Source: Eledone cirrhosa
Lineage: Eukaryota
Assembly (NCBI GenBank): GCA_964016885.1
Contig: OZ024740.1
Location: 292,950,001 to 293,014,000 of the forward strand
Direction: 5' to 3'
Length of the DNA stretch: 64,000 nt
The notes beneath the pieces are model-generated. The model was not told where the DNA came from. It worked only from the letters and a program-made list of their open reading frames with translations, and searched no databases. The position numbers and the translations under genes are program-made. This document shows, piece after piece, positions 35,909 through 48,732 of the stretch (positions within the stretch are counted from its first letter, which is position 1; each line of letters begins with the position of its first letter).

Positions 35909-38360
35909 TTCTCTATAAATCCAGGTTCAGTAATACTTAGGTCCAGACGGCATGGTATATAACATATAGCTCCAATAATAACGGGTATGAAGCTGAACGT
36001 GTATCTCGGATAGTGAATCTGTACCCCGCCATCAATGGTCCGTAGATATACTCTTTCTCTTGCATATTTCTTACAACATTGACATTGGCAGCTGACTTCT
36101 ACTTCAGAGCATGTTTTTAATTAATGTGTGCTCCTAAACAACAATATCAGGCCAGTTTGTACTTTAATTTGGTGGCAGTTTCTATTTGTAGGCTCGACCA
36201 GTATTCCTTTGAGCCAACAATCTCAACATATTCCTTTCTATGTGACTTTATTTTCGTCTTCCATAATGCATTCCAGATCGTACTAGCATATTTCCATATT
36301 TCAAAAATATTTTCCGAGAGATATTCTCATTGAAATTCATTGTGTTAATATCTTTTTCATATATTTAAATCGTTTTGTAACTTCTTTATTACCGTCCTCT
36401 CTCTGTCATATTCTCATGCTTCTCTACTTTACACAATATTCACTTCTCTTGAGTTACTTTCTATTCCCTTTATTTTCGAAAATACCTGCATCGTATGCTG
36501 ATTCTCCACCTTCTATTGAGCTGTCAGAACAACAAATCCTAATTGTATATTGAAGAAAAATGATTCCCAGTAAAGACCAGCTGTTAGATATAACAAGACC
36601 CTGAACCCACGGAGGTTACCATGCTTTCTGGCATATAATACTACATCTTCTCCTCCACCCCATGACTGGTGCTCCAGTGACAACTCATAGAGATCAATGT
36701 AGCCGCAAGTGGCAACTTGCAAATTACCAGCTAGGGTTTTTTCTTCCCAATCACTTTAAAAAATAAAACAATGAAAAGGTCAATTACAAAATGAATAAAT
36801 AAATACGTAAATAAAATAAAACAAATCAATTGGCTGGATATTCTCTGACCCTTACACAGCGATTTGTAGATTTCGGTCTCAAATTTTTCACAATACACCA
36901 CCATTAACTAACATACAAAAATTATTCCTATCAGTGACACAAATATGTCTTGAAGATTCATGATCTCCCTCTTACATCCATCTTGTTATCTGCTCACTGC
37001 ATAATGAAGAATGCCTACATAACTGAAAATCAGGTCGCAACATCACCAGTTCTATTATCGCGACGGAATGAAAGAATTGGAAAGTTAATATGATAGGATG
37101 GAATTGAAATATTGATGCCACACATACATCACGTTTATTTCTTTGAAATAACTTTTGCAATGAAAGCTTTATTTTAGTGACACATGTTTATTCTTGTAAT
37201 GTCACGATAATTCATTTGAACATAACATTTCAATTTTAATTAAATCACAACACCCGCTGGCAATTGATTTCTACAAAAGTTCTCCATTAAGTTACCATCA
37301 TTGTTTTATAATAATGTTTGCATGTGTTGATAGTAAATTTAGCGTTGTTTCAACATTGGAAAAATATTATAAGATTGGCAGTAAAACAAAAACTGTGCTT
37401 CTTTATATATTTGATAACAGTGCATATCTGACAAGAAACGTAGTATACAATCAAAACGTAAAGGAATAGTAGCAACAACAACTAAAACAACACTAATAAC
37501 AATTTGTAGATATTTTTATGGCAATCTCACACCATTTGTTAATTCTGAACATTTTTCTTAACCTTGACCACGTTTAACTTTGAATAATTTTAGGCATGTT
37601 TTCTGAGACCAAATTCGTATTTTATGTCCACATGAAATTTGTTAATCATGTTGACAAACAGTAATACAATTTGATGGGAAGGGAAAGTCGATTAGATCGA
37701 CCCCACTACGTTACTGGTACTTTATTTTATCGACCGTAAGGATGAAAAACATTAGGACGGCACAGGACGAAAACATAGTGTGTGTGTATGTGTGTGTGTG
37801 AGAGAGAGTGTGTGTTGGTATGTGGGTTTTGTGAGTTAACACATTTTTACAATGTTAAAAAAATGAAGATAACAATACACTTTAAACAAAGGCGGTTCCT
37901 CAATAGGGAGAAGACGTTCGAGGGTCACTCGTGGAAAAACACCACAAAACCAGAAGTGCCCTGATCTCTAGGGTAAATGCCCTGTCTCAGTTGAACTCCC
38001 CCAATCTACAGGTACAAACGCAAAAGGTATAATAGCATAAACATTGAGAATCTCAGAACAATGCTAACTCACTCTTCAACATTTTATCAGTTCGGGCAAA
38101 TAAAGATTGTTATCACTCATATTGTACTGAATCTGGGGAACATATGACATTCCTAACAGAACGGCTAATTATAATCTTATGAATGTGACTCTGTTTAATT
38201 ATATCATCTCTCATTTACTTCTATAACGATGCTTACTAATGTAATCTAGCTTTTATAGAAATATTTCTTAAATACTTAGAAGAGTGTATAATTGATGATT
38301 ACATATCTACATATATATATATAGTGTAAGATTAACCGAAACCGCGAGGATGTGCACATA

Positions 38361-38393
<33 letters not shown>

Positions 38394-40587
38394 GTGAAAA
38401 ATGGAACGGGAACAAAACAGAGAGGCAGTACGAACAAAGGTTTATTAGTTTCACGCTCTTGAGAGTGGGGTGGTGGTGGGGAACGACGTTTCGGGCATAA
38501 GCCCTTCTTCAGGCGAAAAGTGTGTGGGAAGAGAGTTCCAAGGGTGTGTAGGGGAGTGGGGGACAGACATTTAGAAAAAAGGGGGTGAGAGGAAACGGTA
38601 CAAATGAAAATAAATATAAAAACATAATAAAAATAAAAATAAACATGAAGATAAACAAGTGGTGGAAGGGTGTGGGGCGTGTAGGGGTGGGGGGAGGGGG
38701 GAGGGGGAGGGCTGAAGGTGGTGTGTGTGTGTAGGTGTACGTGTGTGTGCGTGTATGTGAGTGTGAGAGTTGGGGAAGAATGAGGTTCCATGTTCAGGAA
38801 AAGGTGTGTGTGGGGTGGGGTGTAGGTCGGTGTGTGTGCGTGTGTGGATGGGGAGGGGTCAGAGGGGTGGGGGAGAGGATTCCGTAGGCTGCGTGTGTAA
38901 ATATGTGGTGGTACGTACGTGTGTGTGGTGTTTATACGTATTGTGGATGTAGGTGGCGTGTGGGAAAAATTTTTTGTGAGTGTATGTCCGTGGGTGAGTT
39001 CCTAAGGTAGTTCTGTAGAGAGTGTGGTGGGTTGCCGGATATTTTCCTTGTGATGGAGTTGATTCCTGGGAGCGATGTCCAATGTGTGTAATCCGTGGTT
39101 TGGTTGGTCGGAAGAGGGGAGATGTGGGGTGCGCGCGCAACAGGAAGTAGTCAGAGGGTCAAGGCAGGAGGAGGGTTGTGTGTCTGTGTGTGCGGAGAGG
39201 TGGTCAGAGGGTCAGGGCATGGCAGCAGTAGGGGAGAAAGTCGGTGTGTCAGTGTGTGCGGAAGTGCGGTGGCCAGGGGAGAGGATGGGTAGGTGTGTAA
39301 GCTGGAGTGGGGAGGGGTGTGTATTAGTAGAGGTGTTAGTGGGATGTGTGTGTGTGTGAAGGTATGTGGGTGGAGCGGGGAGAGGGAGAGGGAGAGGGAA
39401 AGGGAGAGAAAGGTGTGGGGGCCGGTGAAGGGAGTGTAGTGTACTGGTGTGTGTGCGTGTTTGGATGAGTATGTGTGTGGTGAAAGGGGTGTTAGTGGGT
39501 GTTAGTATACTGGTGGTGGGGAAAGGGTTGTATGCGGGTGTGTTAGTGGGGGTCAGTGGTAGGGTGTGTAGAGTGGGTGGTGTAAGTGGGTGTGGATGGG
39601 TGTGTGTGTTCGTGTGCGTGGGATCAGGGGGTGTGTTAGTGGTATTAGTTGTGGGGTGGTGGGAGTGGTTGTGTGGGTGAGGGTTAGTGGTGGTAGTAGG
39701 GTGTGTGGTTAGTGTGAGTGCCTGTATATATGAACCGCTGGGTGTGTGCGTGATATGGGGAGGGGGAGAGGATGTTAGTATTGTTAGTTGGGAAGGGTGG
39801 TCGGGGTGGGGTGGGGGTGTTAGTATTGTTAGTTGTGGGGTGGGCGGTGAAAAGGAGGAGTGTGTTAGTGGTGTTAGTGGGGGATATCTCTGTGTGTGTG
39901 GGAGGAAGGAACAGGGCGGTAGAAGGCTAAAGGAATAGGGGTGAGGAGTTCAGGCCGGGGGGAGTGTGGGTCTGTAGGGTGAAGATGGAGCGCTGTTTGA
40001 CACTGAGGAGGGTGGCGGGTGTTCCGTGGTATTGGAGTAGGCCACAGACTATGAGGTGGTGCGCGGAATGTCCAGGGGAGCCAAAGTGGCGGGCGATGGG
40101 GGAACTACCGCCGAGACGAATATGCCGGAGGTGTTTGGTAAAACGGTCCGCCAGGCGACGTCCAGTCTGTCCGACGTAGGTTGCGCTACACTCCGTGCAG
40201 CGAAGTCCATAGACTAGGTTGGAGGAGGTGCAGAGAGAGAGTGACCGTTGGGACCCTGGAAGGTGGTGGTGTTGGTGATGTGAGGACAGGTGTTGCAACG
40301 AGGCCTGGAACAGGGAAGGGAACCGGAGGGGGTAGAGAGCTGCGGACGAGGAGGGTACGGAGATTGCGTGCGCGTTTGAAGGAGGGGAGTGGTGGTGATG
40401 GGAAGATGTGGGAGGTGGAGGGGTCGGACTGGAGGCGTCGGAAGAGGCAGAAGATGGTGCGGTGGAGGGGTAGGGTGGAGGGGTGGTAGGTGATGGGGAA
40501 GGGGGACACGGTGGGTGTGCGGTCGCGTGGAGTGAGGGTGGTGGAGCGGTGGACAGAACGGGTGCGAGTGAGGGCGGTGTGGACGTG
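38394..40587 (-). mobile_element. 5'-truncated Penelope-like element (Neptune-type Cys linker + GIY-YIG) with long C/A-rich 3' UTR
   Basis: Across frameshifts: PITYHPSTLPL...PSFKRARNLRTLLVRS, CSRPRCNTCPH, CTSSNLVYGLRCTECSATYVGQTGRRLADRFTKH...PPGLN (stop 39927). Ends at (TA)n. Confidence 0.85.
38482..38515 (-). ncRNA. Minimal hammerhead motif in PLE 3' UTR
   Basis: CTGAAGA-A-GGGC(TTAT)GCCC-GAAAC-GTC; stem I weak. Confidence 0.6.
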
Positions 40588-40589
40588 AT

Positions 40590-40890
40590 ATATACATACA
40601 GAGTGTGTATATACACATTGTGTATATAAATATACACATTGTATATCAATATACATATTGTGTGTATACACAATGTGTATATGAATATAGACATTGTGTA
40701 TATAATTATACACATTGTGTATATACAAGTACAAATTATGTAAATAAATATACTCATTGTATTTATAAATATACACATTTTGTATATTACTATACACCTC
40801 ATGTATATAAATATAGAGATTCTGCTTATAAACATATACATTGTGTATATAATTATACATCTTTGTGTATATAAATGAACATATTCAGTA
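40590..40890. repeat. Degenerate ~22-bp AT-rich minisatellite
   Basis: Recurring ATATACACATTGTGTATATAA-like units. Confidence 0.7.
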
Positions 40891-41118
40891 TATATTTACG
40901 TGTAAACATGTTATATTTGTATATATACCCCGTAGACATGTTATAATTGCAATGTACCTTAACATATAAAAATGAACTGCTTTAATCTCTTATTGGAATC
41001 TCATCAGAGGTGTCAGCATTAGAGATCTACTACAAAGGCATTACGCAACTAATAGGTTTATAAAGCATATCACATGCCGGAGCAGCGCTGAACTATTTTA
41101 ACACTAATTTATCTATTA

Positions 41119-42232
41119 CTAGCAGTGGTACCCGGCGTTGCACGGGATAAGGTATTTTGGAACGCGGGCCACCAACAGACGTAATCGTGGAAAAACTGCA
41201 TGCCTCGACAATATGTAAAGAAAATAAACCGAATATTCTGATGGCTGGATAATCTTTAAGATTTTCCTTGATGAAGCAGAAAAAATGCAGGTTTTCACCT
41301 AATGCGGGCCCTAGGGCATCAAGAAAATGAATTTTTTTATGTGCATAATAGGCCTTGAAATTTCGGGAAAATTGGCTAGACGTAACGCCTCAAAATACCC
41401 CCAAAAAGCTGAAAAAACGGAGGTTTTCACCTAATGTGGGCCCTAGGGGATCAAAAAGTTGAATTTTTTATGTGCATAACACTCCCTGAAACATAACCCG
41501 AGCCGCCAAAAGACCTAATCGTGGGAAAACTGCTTGCCTGGACAATATGTTAAGAAAATAAACCGAATACTCTAATGCAATTAGTATTCCACTAAAAGCT
41601 GGATTTTCTTTGCTCACGGGATGAAGAAGAGACTGACTAATACATAGTTACCGGCTTTCATTTTTAGTTTCGTGTGAAATATATAACCGCCTTAGCTAAG
41701 CTTAATGTTGCCACAACCACGGCTGGCAAAGAAGTAAGGGTCTGGTGGTACGTAAGTAAGCAACTCTGTGGCTTAAAACGCGAGGAAGAAGTTGTGTGCA
41801 CTTACCAACTGTTTGGGGAATGAATGTGAGATTTGTCTTGAGCAAGGGTGGCAGAATAACCGGAGGCAACAGACAGCCAGACATACAGACAGACGTACAG
41901 ACAGATATTATAAGGGCACGTTCTGGACGCAGATGGAATTGTGGGAGGTGACGTAATGCAGACATACAGACAGATATTATAAGGGCGGGCGTTATATGTA
42001 TGTATCTATCTAAAAAGAGAAAGACTAAGAATTATATAGAGAGATCTCTAAATCACCTAATGCGGTACCTAGGGCATGGAAAATTTGAAATTTATTTTGT
42101 TCAGAACACTCCCTGAAACATAAGTATTACATGCGTAAAGTTTGAAAACAATCGGTTGGGTGCTTCTCGAGTTTTAGGGATTTAAACTCACACACACAGA
42201 CAGACAGACATCCTCAGTTTTTTATATATAGA
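41119..42232 (-). mobile_element. Non-autonomous Helitron
   Basis: 5' TCTATATATAAAAAACTG, subterminal (CTGT)n, 3' CCCGTGCAACGCCGGG hairpin + CTAG, A|T insertion site. Confidence 0.82.
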
Positions 42233-42247
42233 TTATTCTCTATGCTA

Positions 42248-42702
42248 AAGGCGGCAGATTGGCAGTATCGGTAAAGCATCGGATACCAAGTGTGCAGCAT
42301 AGAATTACGTCCCTTTATGATCTGAGTAAAAATCCCGCCAAAGGTTAACTTTGCCTTTCATCCTGATGGGGTCGATAAAATAAAGTACCAGTCACGCACT
42401 GGGGTCGATTTAACGAACTTTCACCCTCCTCCAAAATTGCTGGACTTGTGCCTATATAAGAAACTATTATTCTCTATGCTGGTTGGGCGGTGGATTGGTA
42501 GTATAGGTAGAGAGTCAGATACCATGCTTCACAGCACAGAGTTACGTCCCTTTACGGTCTGAGTTCAAATCCTGCCGAGGTTAACTCTGCCTTTCATCCT
42601 GATGGGATCGATAAAATAAAGCTCCAGTAACGTACTGGTTCGATTTAATCAACTTTCTCCTCCCCCCAAATTGCTGGCCTTGTGCCAAAGTAGAAATCAT
42701 TA
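42248..42702 (+). mobile_element. Two tandem full-length Nin-type tRNA SINEs
   Basis: Two copies (about 42248-42470 and 42485-42702) with head GGCGG(C/T)(A/G)GATTGG, B-box and Nin-like core. Confidence 0.8.
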
Positions 42703-43241
42703 TTCTCTATACTGGTAGCTAATTCTCTTGCTTAGTTCAGTTTACTGCTGTATAGTCCAGTCCCGCTTACATCCGTAGAGATATGTTATATTCCTCTGTA
42801 CATGCGTGACACGAATTCTCACAGTAGAGATACAAAAAACGTTACACACACTGGAAATAAGTGGCCACCGCAACATCTCAACCATCTCATATTTAGACTA
42901 CATAACAAAGGAGGAGTCCGTAAAACCACTCAGCAATACATTTGTCTCCATAATGCACTTTTCACACCAGTGAAGAATAGATTAGCCTTTTATCCTACTT
43001 TCCTATACTGTCATATCTGCATTTCTTTACTCCTTGCTCTCTCTTTTGGTTGCTTGGTTGTTTCCCCCCCCCCCTTTTTCCCCTTTTTCTTTTTGTTTCA
43101 TATTTCCTTCAATATTTGCAGTGCTATTTATACAACTCTGAAATTCTATTAAAAGTATTTCTTACAATAAAACATGTTCAATTTGTTGCTATGGTATGCC
43201 CATGTAACAATATCTACTAACCTATATATATAATAATAATA

Positions 43242-43633
43242 ATAATTGCTTCTACTTTTGGCACAAGGCCAGTAATTATTCCAATGTATTACTGGTACTT
43301 TATTTTATCGCCCCTGTATGGATGAAAGGCAAAGTTAACCTCGGCGAGATTTGAACTCAGACCATAAAGGGCCGCCGTAACTCTTTGCTGCAAAGCATGG
43401 CGTCCGACCCTCTACCGATACTGCCAAATATATAATAATAATAATTGTTTCTACTTTAGGCACAAGGCCAGCAATTACCCAGTGCATTACTGGTACTTTA
43501 TTTTAATTTTATCGACCCCGTAAGGATGAAAGGCAAAGTCAACCTCGGCGGGATTTGAACTCAGATCGTAAAGAGACGTAACTATGCTGGAAAGCATGGC
43601 GTCCGACCCTCCACCGATACTGCCAATCCACCA
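43242..43633 (-). mobile_element. Two tandem Nin-type tRNA SINEs (minus strand)
   Basis: Copies at about 43242-43426 and 43442-43633, separated by (TAA)n. Confidence 0.82.
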
Positions 43634-43850
43634 ATAATAATAATAATAATAGTAATAAACGAAAGATATACTTTATATCATCTCTATTTATTTCATTATA
43701 TATATTTTATAGATGCAAAACATGTTCTCCTCAGACAAAATATATAGAAAAAATGTATAGTTTTTTTCCTGTAATGCTGGTAGACAAACGAACTGGACAG
43801 GCATATATAAGAATGAGTTGATCACAAATCAACTAACTCTTCTTTCATTG

Positions 43851-43889
<39 letters not shown>

Positions 43890-43958
43890 TATGAAGAGAG
43901 AAGAAACATTTAGATATAATTAGTAATAAAATGTATCATACCTAAACTGCTCCTAAAT

Positions 43959-44048
43959 TCCTCGACTACGTAGTTTCGTGGCATAAACAAAAACAATATA
44001 TCATAAAGATATAGAGTCCCTGCGAGGTCTGCCGACTTATCAAGAGGA
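43959..44048 (-). ncRNA. Type I hammerhead (U3-A8 variant), inverted copy
   Basis: Reverse complement of the motif at 44271-44360. Confidence 0.72.
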
Positions 44049-44270
44049 TACCTCATTTTACTAGTCTCAAGAACGCGTCTACACGACGTGAGAAAGAATC
44101 CCAAAAGGCGGAGGGGGAGATAGTCACGCGTCCGTGGTATTTTCTTCGTGGTTATAAGAGGCTTAGCTCTGTTTCTCGACCGTTATATCGCGTGACTATC
44201 TCCCCCTCCGCCTTTTGGGATTCTTTCTCACGTCGTGTAGACGCGTTCTTGAGACTAGTAAAATGAGGTA

Positions 44271-44360
44271 TCCTCTTGATAAGTCGGCAGACCTCGCAGG
44301 GACTCTATATCTTTATGATATATTGTTTTTGTTTATGCCACGAAACTACGTAGTCGAGGA
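44271..44360 (+). ncRNA. Type I hammerhead (U3-A8 variant), unit 1
   Basis: TCCTC-TTGATAA-GTCGGCA...TGCCAC-GAAA-CTACGTAG-TC-GAGGA; predicted cut after 44355. Confidence 0.75.
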
Positions 44361-44865
44361 ATTTAGGAGCAGTTTAGGTATGATACATTTTATTACTAAT
44401 TATATCTAAATGTTTCTTCTCTCTTCATAATGTATTTTTAACTCTGATACTGGTTCAGTCTAGTTCAACTGAATTGGTCTGTCCCGGTCATTCATTGAGC
44501 AACTTCGGTGAAGTTGGCACCCTTAACTCACAGTTGGGTGCGGATGCATTCATGTATATATGTGTGTGTCCGCATGTATCTGTGTGTTTCTAAATATATT
44601 GTTAATAACTCCCTCTGGTCGAGCAATCTTTGAAGTGTGGGGACAACTGGAAAGCTTCCATTACTCATACTTCTAGCCTTCTTCACCACCTCTTCTGCGG
44701 CCTCGATATGAATACCCCCTCCGCCTCCGTGGTATTTTCTTCGTGGTTATAAGAGGCTTAGCTCTGTTTCTCGACCGTTATATCGCGTGACTATCTCCCC
44801 CTCCGCCTTTTGGGATTCTTTCTCACGTCGTGTAGACGCGTTCTTGAGACTAGTAAAATGAGGTA

Positions 44866-44955
44866 TCCTCTTGATAAGTCGGCAGACCTCGCAGGGACTC
44901 TATATCTTTATGATATATTGTTTTTGTTTATGCCACGAAACTACGTAGTCGAGGA
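44866..44955 (+). ncRNA. Type I hammerhead (U3-A8 variant), unit 2
   Basis: Identical motif; predicted cut after 44950. Confidence 0.75.
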
Positions 44956-45460
44956 ATTTAGGAGCAGTTTAGGTATGATACATTTTATTACTAATTATAT
45001 CTAAATGTTTCTTCTCTCTTCATAATGTATTTTTAACTCTGATACTGGTTCAGTCTAGTTCAACTGAATTGGTCTGTCCCGGTCATTCATTGAGCAACAT
45101 CGGTGAAGTTGGCACCCTTAACTCACAGTTGGGTGCGGATGCATTCATGTATATATGTGTGTGTCCGCATGTATCTGTGTGTTTCTAAATATATTGTTAA
45201 TAACTCCCTCTGGTCGAGCAATCTTTGAAGTGTGGGGACAACTGGAAAGCTTCCATTACTCATACTTCTAGCCTTCTTCACCACCTCTTCTGCGGCCTCG
45301 ATATGAATACCCCCTCCGCCTCCGTGGTATTTTCTTCGTGGTTATAAGAGGCTTAGCTCTGTTTCTCGACCGTTATATCGCGTGACTATCTCCCCCTCCG
45401 CCGTTTGGGATTCTTTCTCACGTCGTGTAGACGCGTTCTTGAGACTAGTAAAATGAGGTA

Positions 45461-45550
45461 TCCTCTTGATAAGTCGGCAGACCTCGCAGGGACTCTATAT
45501 CTTTATGATATATTGTTTTTGTTTATGCCACGAAACTACGTAGTCGAGGA
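45461..45550 (+). ncRNA. Type I hammerhead (U3-A8 variant), unit 3
   Basis: Identical motif; predicted cut after 45545. Confidence 0.75.
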
Positions 45551-45826
45551 ATTTAGGAGCAGTTTAGGTATGATACATTTTATTACTAATTATATCTAAA
45601 TGTTTCTTCTCTCTTCATAATGTATTTTTAACTCTGATACTGGTTCAGTCTAGTTCAACTGAATTGGTCTGTCCCGGTCATTCATTGAGCAACATCGGTG
45701 AAGTTGGCACCCTTAACTCACAGTTGGGTGCGGATGCATTCATGTATATATGTGTGTGTCCGCATGTATCTGTGTGTTTCTAAATATATTGTTATATATA
45801 TATATATATATATATTTTTTATTTTA

Positions 45827-45950
45827 TTTTTATTTTATAGAAGGAACTTCTACAGGACTAGTACTGTTTCATTCAGATGAAAGCTTCTTGAAGATTTCAT
45901 CTGAATGAAACAGTACTAGTCCTGTAGAAGTTCCTTCTATAAAATAAAAA
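45827..45950. repeat. Perfect hairpin, 56-bp arms
   Basis: 45827-45882 is the reverse complement of 45895-45950. Confidence 0.9.
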
Positions 45951-46044
45951 CATGTTACTCTGCCATGTATTGAGTACCTTACTTACTGTGGTTATCCCCG
46001 ACTCAACCCGGGACCTACGTATATATATATATATATATATATAT

Positions 46045-46400
46045 ACTTCGCTTTTGAATTTGTTTTGCAAGATTTCTTATCTGGAAACGTGTGTTGAAAC
46101 AGATATTGTTCTACTATGCTGCCAATAATAACACACGCACCTGTTGTTTTCACTTGTTCTCGCCTACCCCATCTTGGTGTAGGACAGAACAAAGATGGTG
46201 TAGGAAAAAAGGAGAGAGACTTAATAAAAACCCAGTCGATGAGGAGGTCACAGAATGTGTGACGAAAGAGCTTTGACAATATATAAACAACCATCTGGTT
46301 ATCGAACTAACTAACCAGCCAACCGGAGATTTATAATAAATTGAAGTGAAAACCAACAGGTGCGTGTGTTTTTATTAGCAGCATGACCCTCCCAAAGTAT

Positions 46401-46406
<6 letters not shown>
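46045..46406 (+). mobile_element. PLE-type terminal fragment related to the 1894-2498 family
   Basis: Ends ATGACCCTCCCAAAGTATAACAA+(TA)n like 2474-2497; degenerate hammerhead ATGAGGA-G-GTCACA/TGTGAC-GAAA-GAGC-TT at about 46235-46278. Confidence 0.55.
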
Positions 46407-46432
<26 letters not shown>

Positions 46433-46851
46433 CTTCTCTTTCGCCGCCTTATTCCTGAGAGAGTCGTGGATGCAGAGCACTCAGATATTGTTCCAGTGGG
46501 TCCTGTCAGAAGCAACCATCTCCAATTAACCCGGTTGGATCCCCAAACGTGATCAGCCAAGGTCATGTATGTTATCCAACCATTTTGCTCGGGGCCTACC
46601 TCTGGGTCTATTGACGGTTGATTTTACCCATAATATCTGTCCACCGATTATTTCTAATCACAAGTCCATAGTATCGTATTTGTGATCTCAATTCAGAGCA
46701 GAAGCGACTCTATTTCCACCGCTTTTATTTGCGATCCTATTCTTTCGGTCATTTCCCAAGATTCATATTTGTTTGTAAAGGTAAACAGACAAAACAAACA
46801 GCACAGTACATGGAATATATTAGTTCAACGCTTGAAATAGCAGGAAGAGAG

Positions 46852-46887
46852 TCTTAACGTTTCGGACATTAGTCCTTCATCAGAAGA
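46852..46887 (-). ncRNA. Minimal type I hammerhead
   Basis: TCTT-CTGATGA-A-GGAC(TAAT)GTCC-GAAAC-GTT-AAGA. Confidence 0.65.
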
Positions 46888-47016
46888 TAGAATTATAAAT
46901 AGAAGATAAATAGAAAGTAAAAAATGATGAGAGGAAGGAATGTGGAAAATGAGAAAAGAAATTGGGGAGAAAACAAACGCATATTCGTATTGAGTTGGCC
47001 ATATATATATACACAT

Positions 47017-47115
<99 letters not shown>

Positions 47116-47332
47116 TGTATATATATGTGTGTGTTTGTGTGTGTGTAGATCCTGAGTAAAGTCCAGGGCAACCATAGTTAAAAAAGTTACTCAATACATT
47201 ATTAGACTGTAAACATAATTTTTTAATATAGAAATGGCTTCTAGAAGACTAAAAGTGTTTCATTTGTATGAAATCATCAGTAATGCCTTGATGATTAAAT
47301 AATGACACACCCACACACATACATGTATATAT

Positions 47333-47403
<71 letters not shown>

Positions 47404-48732
47404 GTGCGTGGCTTAGTGTTTAATGTGTTTAGCTCACAATCATTAGGTCGTGAGAGCGATTTCGAATCAAGCGGTGTATCTTTTTGTAAAAGGCTTTATG
47501 TCACGTCGAATCTCCCTTAGACCTATGTCTCTGTGGAATGCTCAGCCACTTGTACGTTAATTTCGCGAACTGGCAGTACATGAAATATTTTCTACATATT
47601 AGATATATGACATAAATTGTTGGTATTATGAATTTCGTGTGTACGAAATAGCCTCAACTATACAAGATTGCGAATTGGCAGAGTTGTTATAACGTAGGAT
47701 AGAATACTTTACAGTATTCGTTCCGGCTTTCTTCTCTATGAGTTCAAATCCCACTGAGGTCAACTTTGCCTTTCATTCCTTTGAGGTCGAGAATAAATAC
47801 CAGTCTAGAACAGGGGTCGATTCTCTTTCGCACTTCTATATCTCTTTCGCACTTCCCTCACTTTCTATCCTTCTCTGGAAGAAATCTGCTGTACACAGGC
47901 TTTGTGAGGGATGGGCTCAGCCAGGTTTAAAATGCCCAAGCAATGCCGTATGTAAATACGGTGCCCCTACGACTCTATCAGGAGATACGGGACCATTCAT
48001 ACATACACGATTGATCGATCTATGAAAACAAGCAGCCAGAAATACCGCCTACTTAAAAATGTGGTAGTGCATTGCAAATCATAATCCCTGATATAGAAGT
48101 TTTGAAAATGGTCACGGCTTTCTTTATATGTCTTCTCGATGAGATAGACCTGAAGCTAATTAACAAGGACAATAATATATTGAATACGTTTGATCGTAAA
48201 TCGAGTCGGTGTGGGCTGACATACATCTAAACAACAACAATGAAAAGATTTATATATAAGATAATGTAATCACTGTTTTATGAAAACAATAACACCATCT
48301 GGCCGGCGTTGGATGATCACGGCATTTGTTCATGTTCAATAATGATTGGCCAGTGGCAAATATCAACAATGCTTACATAGTTTCATTGAAATACGATAAT
48401 CATAACAAATGCTAACAAAATAAAAAAAATTCTAAACTTCTATAAAAATATATATAAACTATAACACATATATAACGGCACGCATGTTAAAAACAACAAC
48501 ATCACATTTTCATCAAAAGTATAATGATATAGGAAGATATGTTTGCACTAAATATTGTCTATAAGATGTTATTGTTTTTCCATCGCTAACAATATAAAGA
48601 TTGACTTCAATAGGGACATGTACATGCAGGCTGCGTGTAAAAACGAGTGAAGTGTGAGATAATTAGACTATCGACGTATCAGAGTTTTATGATCATATAT
48701 AGACCACAATCGCTTTTGTATATATATATATA

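Larger units (their letters stand above)
43885..45793 (+). mobile_element. Tandem 595-bp repeat (~2.8 units) plus an inverted partial unit, bounded by (TA)n; PLE pseudo-LTR/retrozyme-like
   Basis: Near-identical units start at 44131, 44726 and 45321; 43885-44130 is the reverse complement of about 44189-44434. Confidence 0.85.

Noticed and set aside
43910-45599. Four identical 64-aa ORFs (MGFFLTSCRR...)
   Set aside because: TTG start, no recognisable domain; they arise from the repeat unit and overlap the hammerhead.
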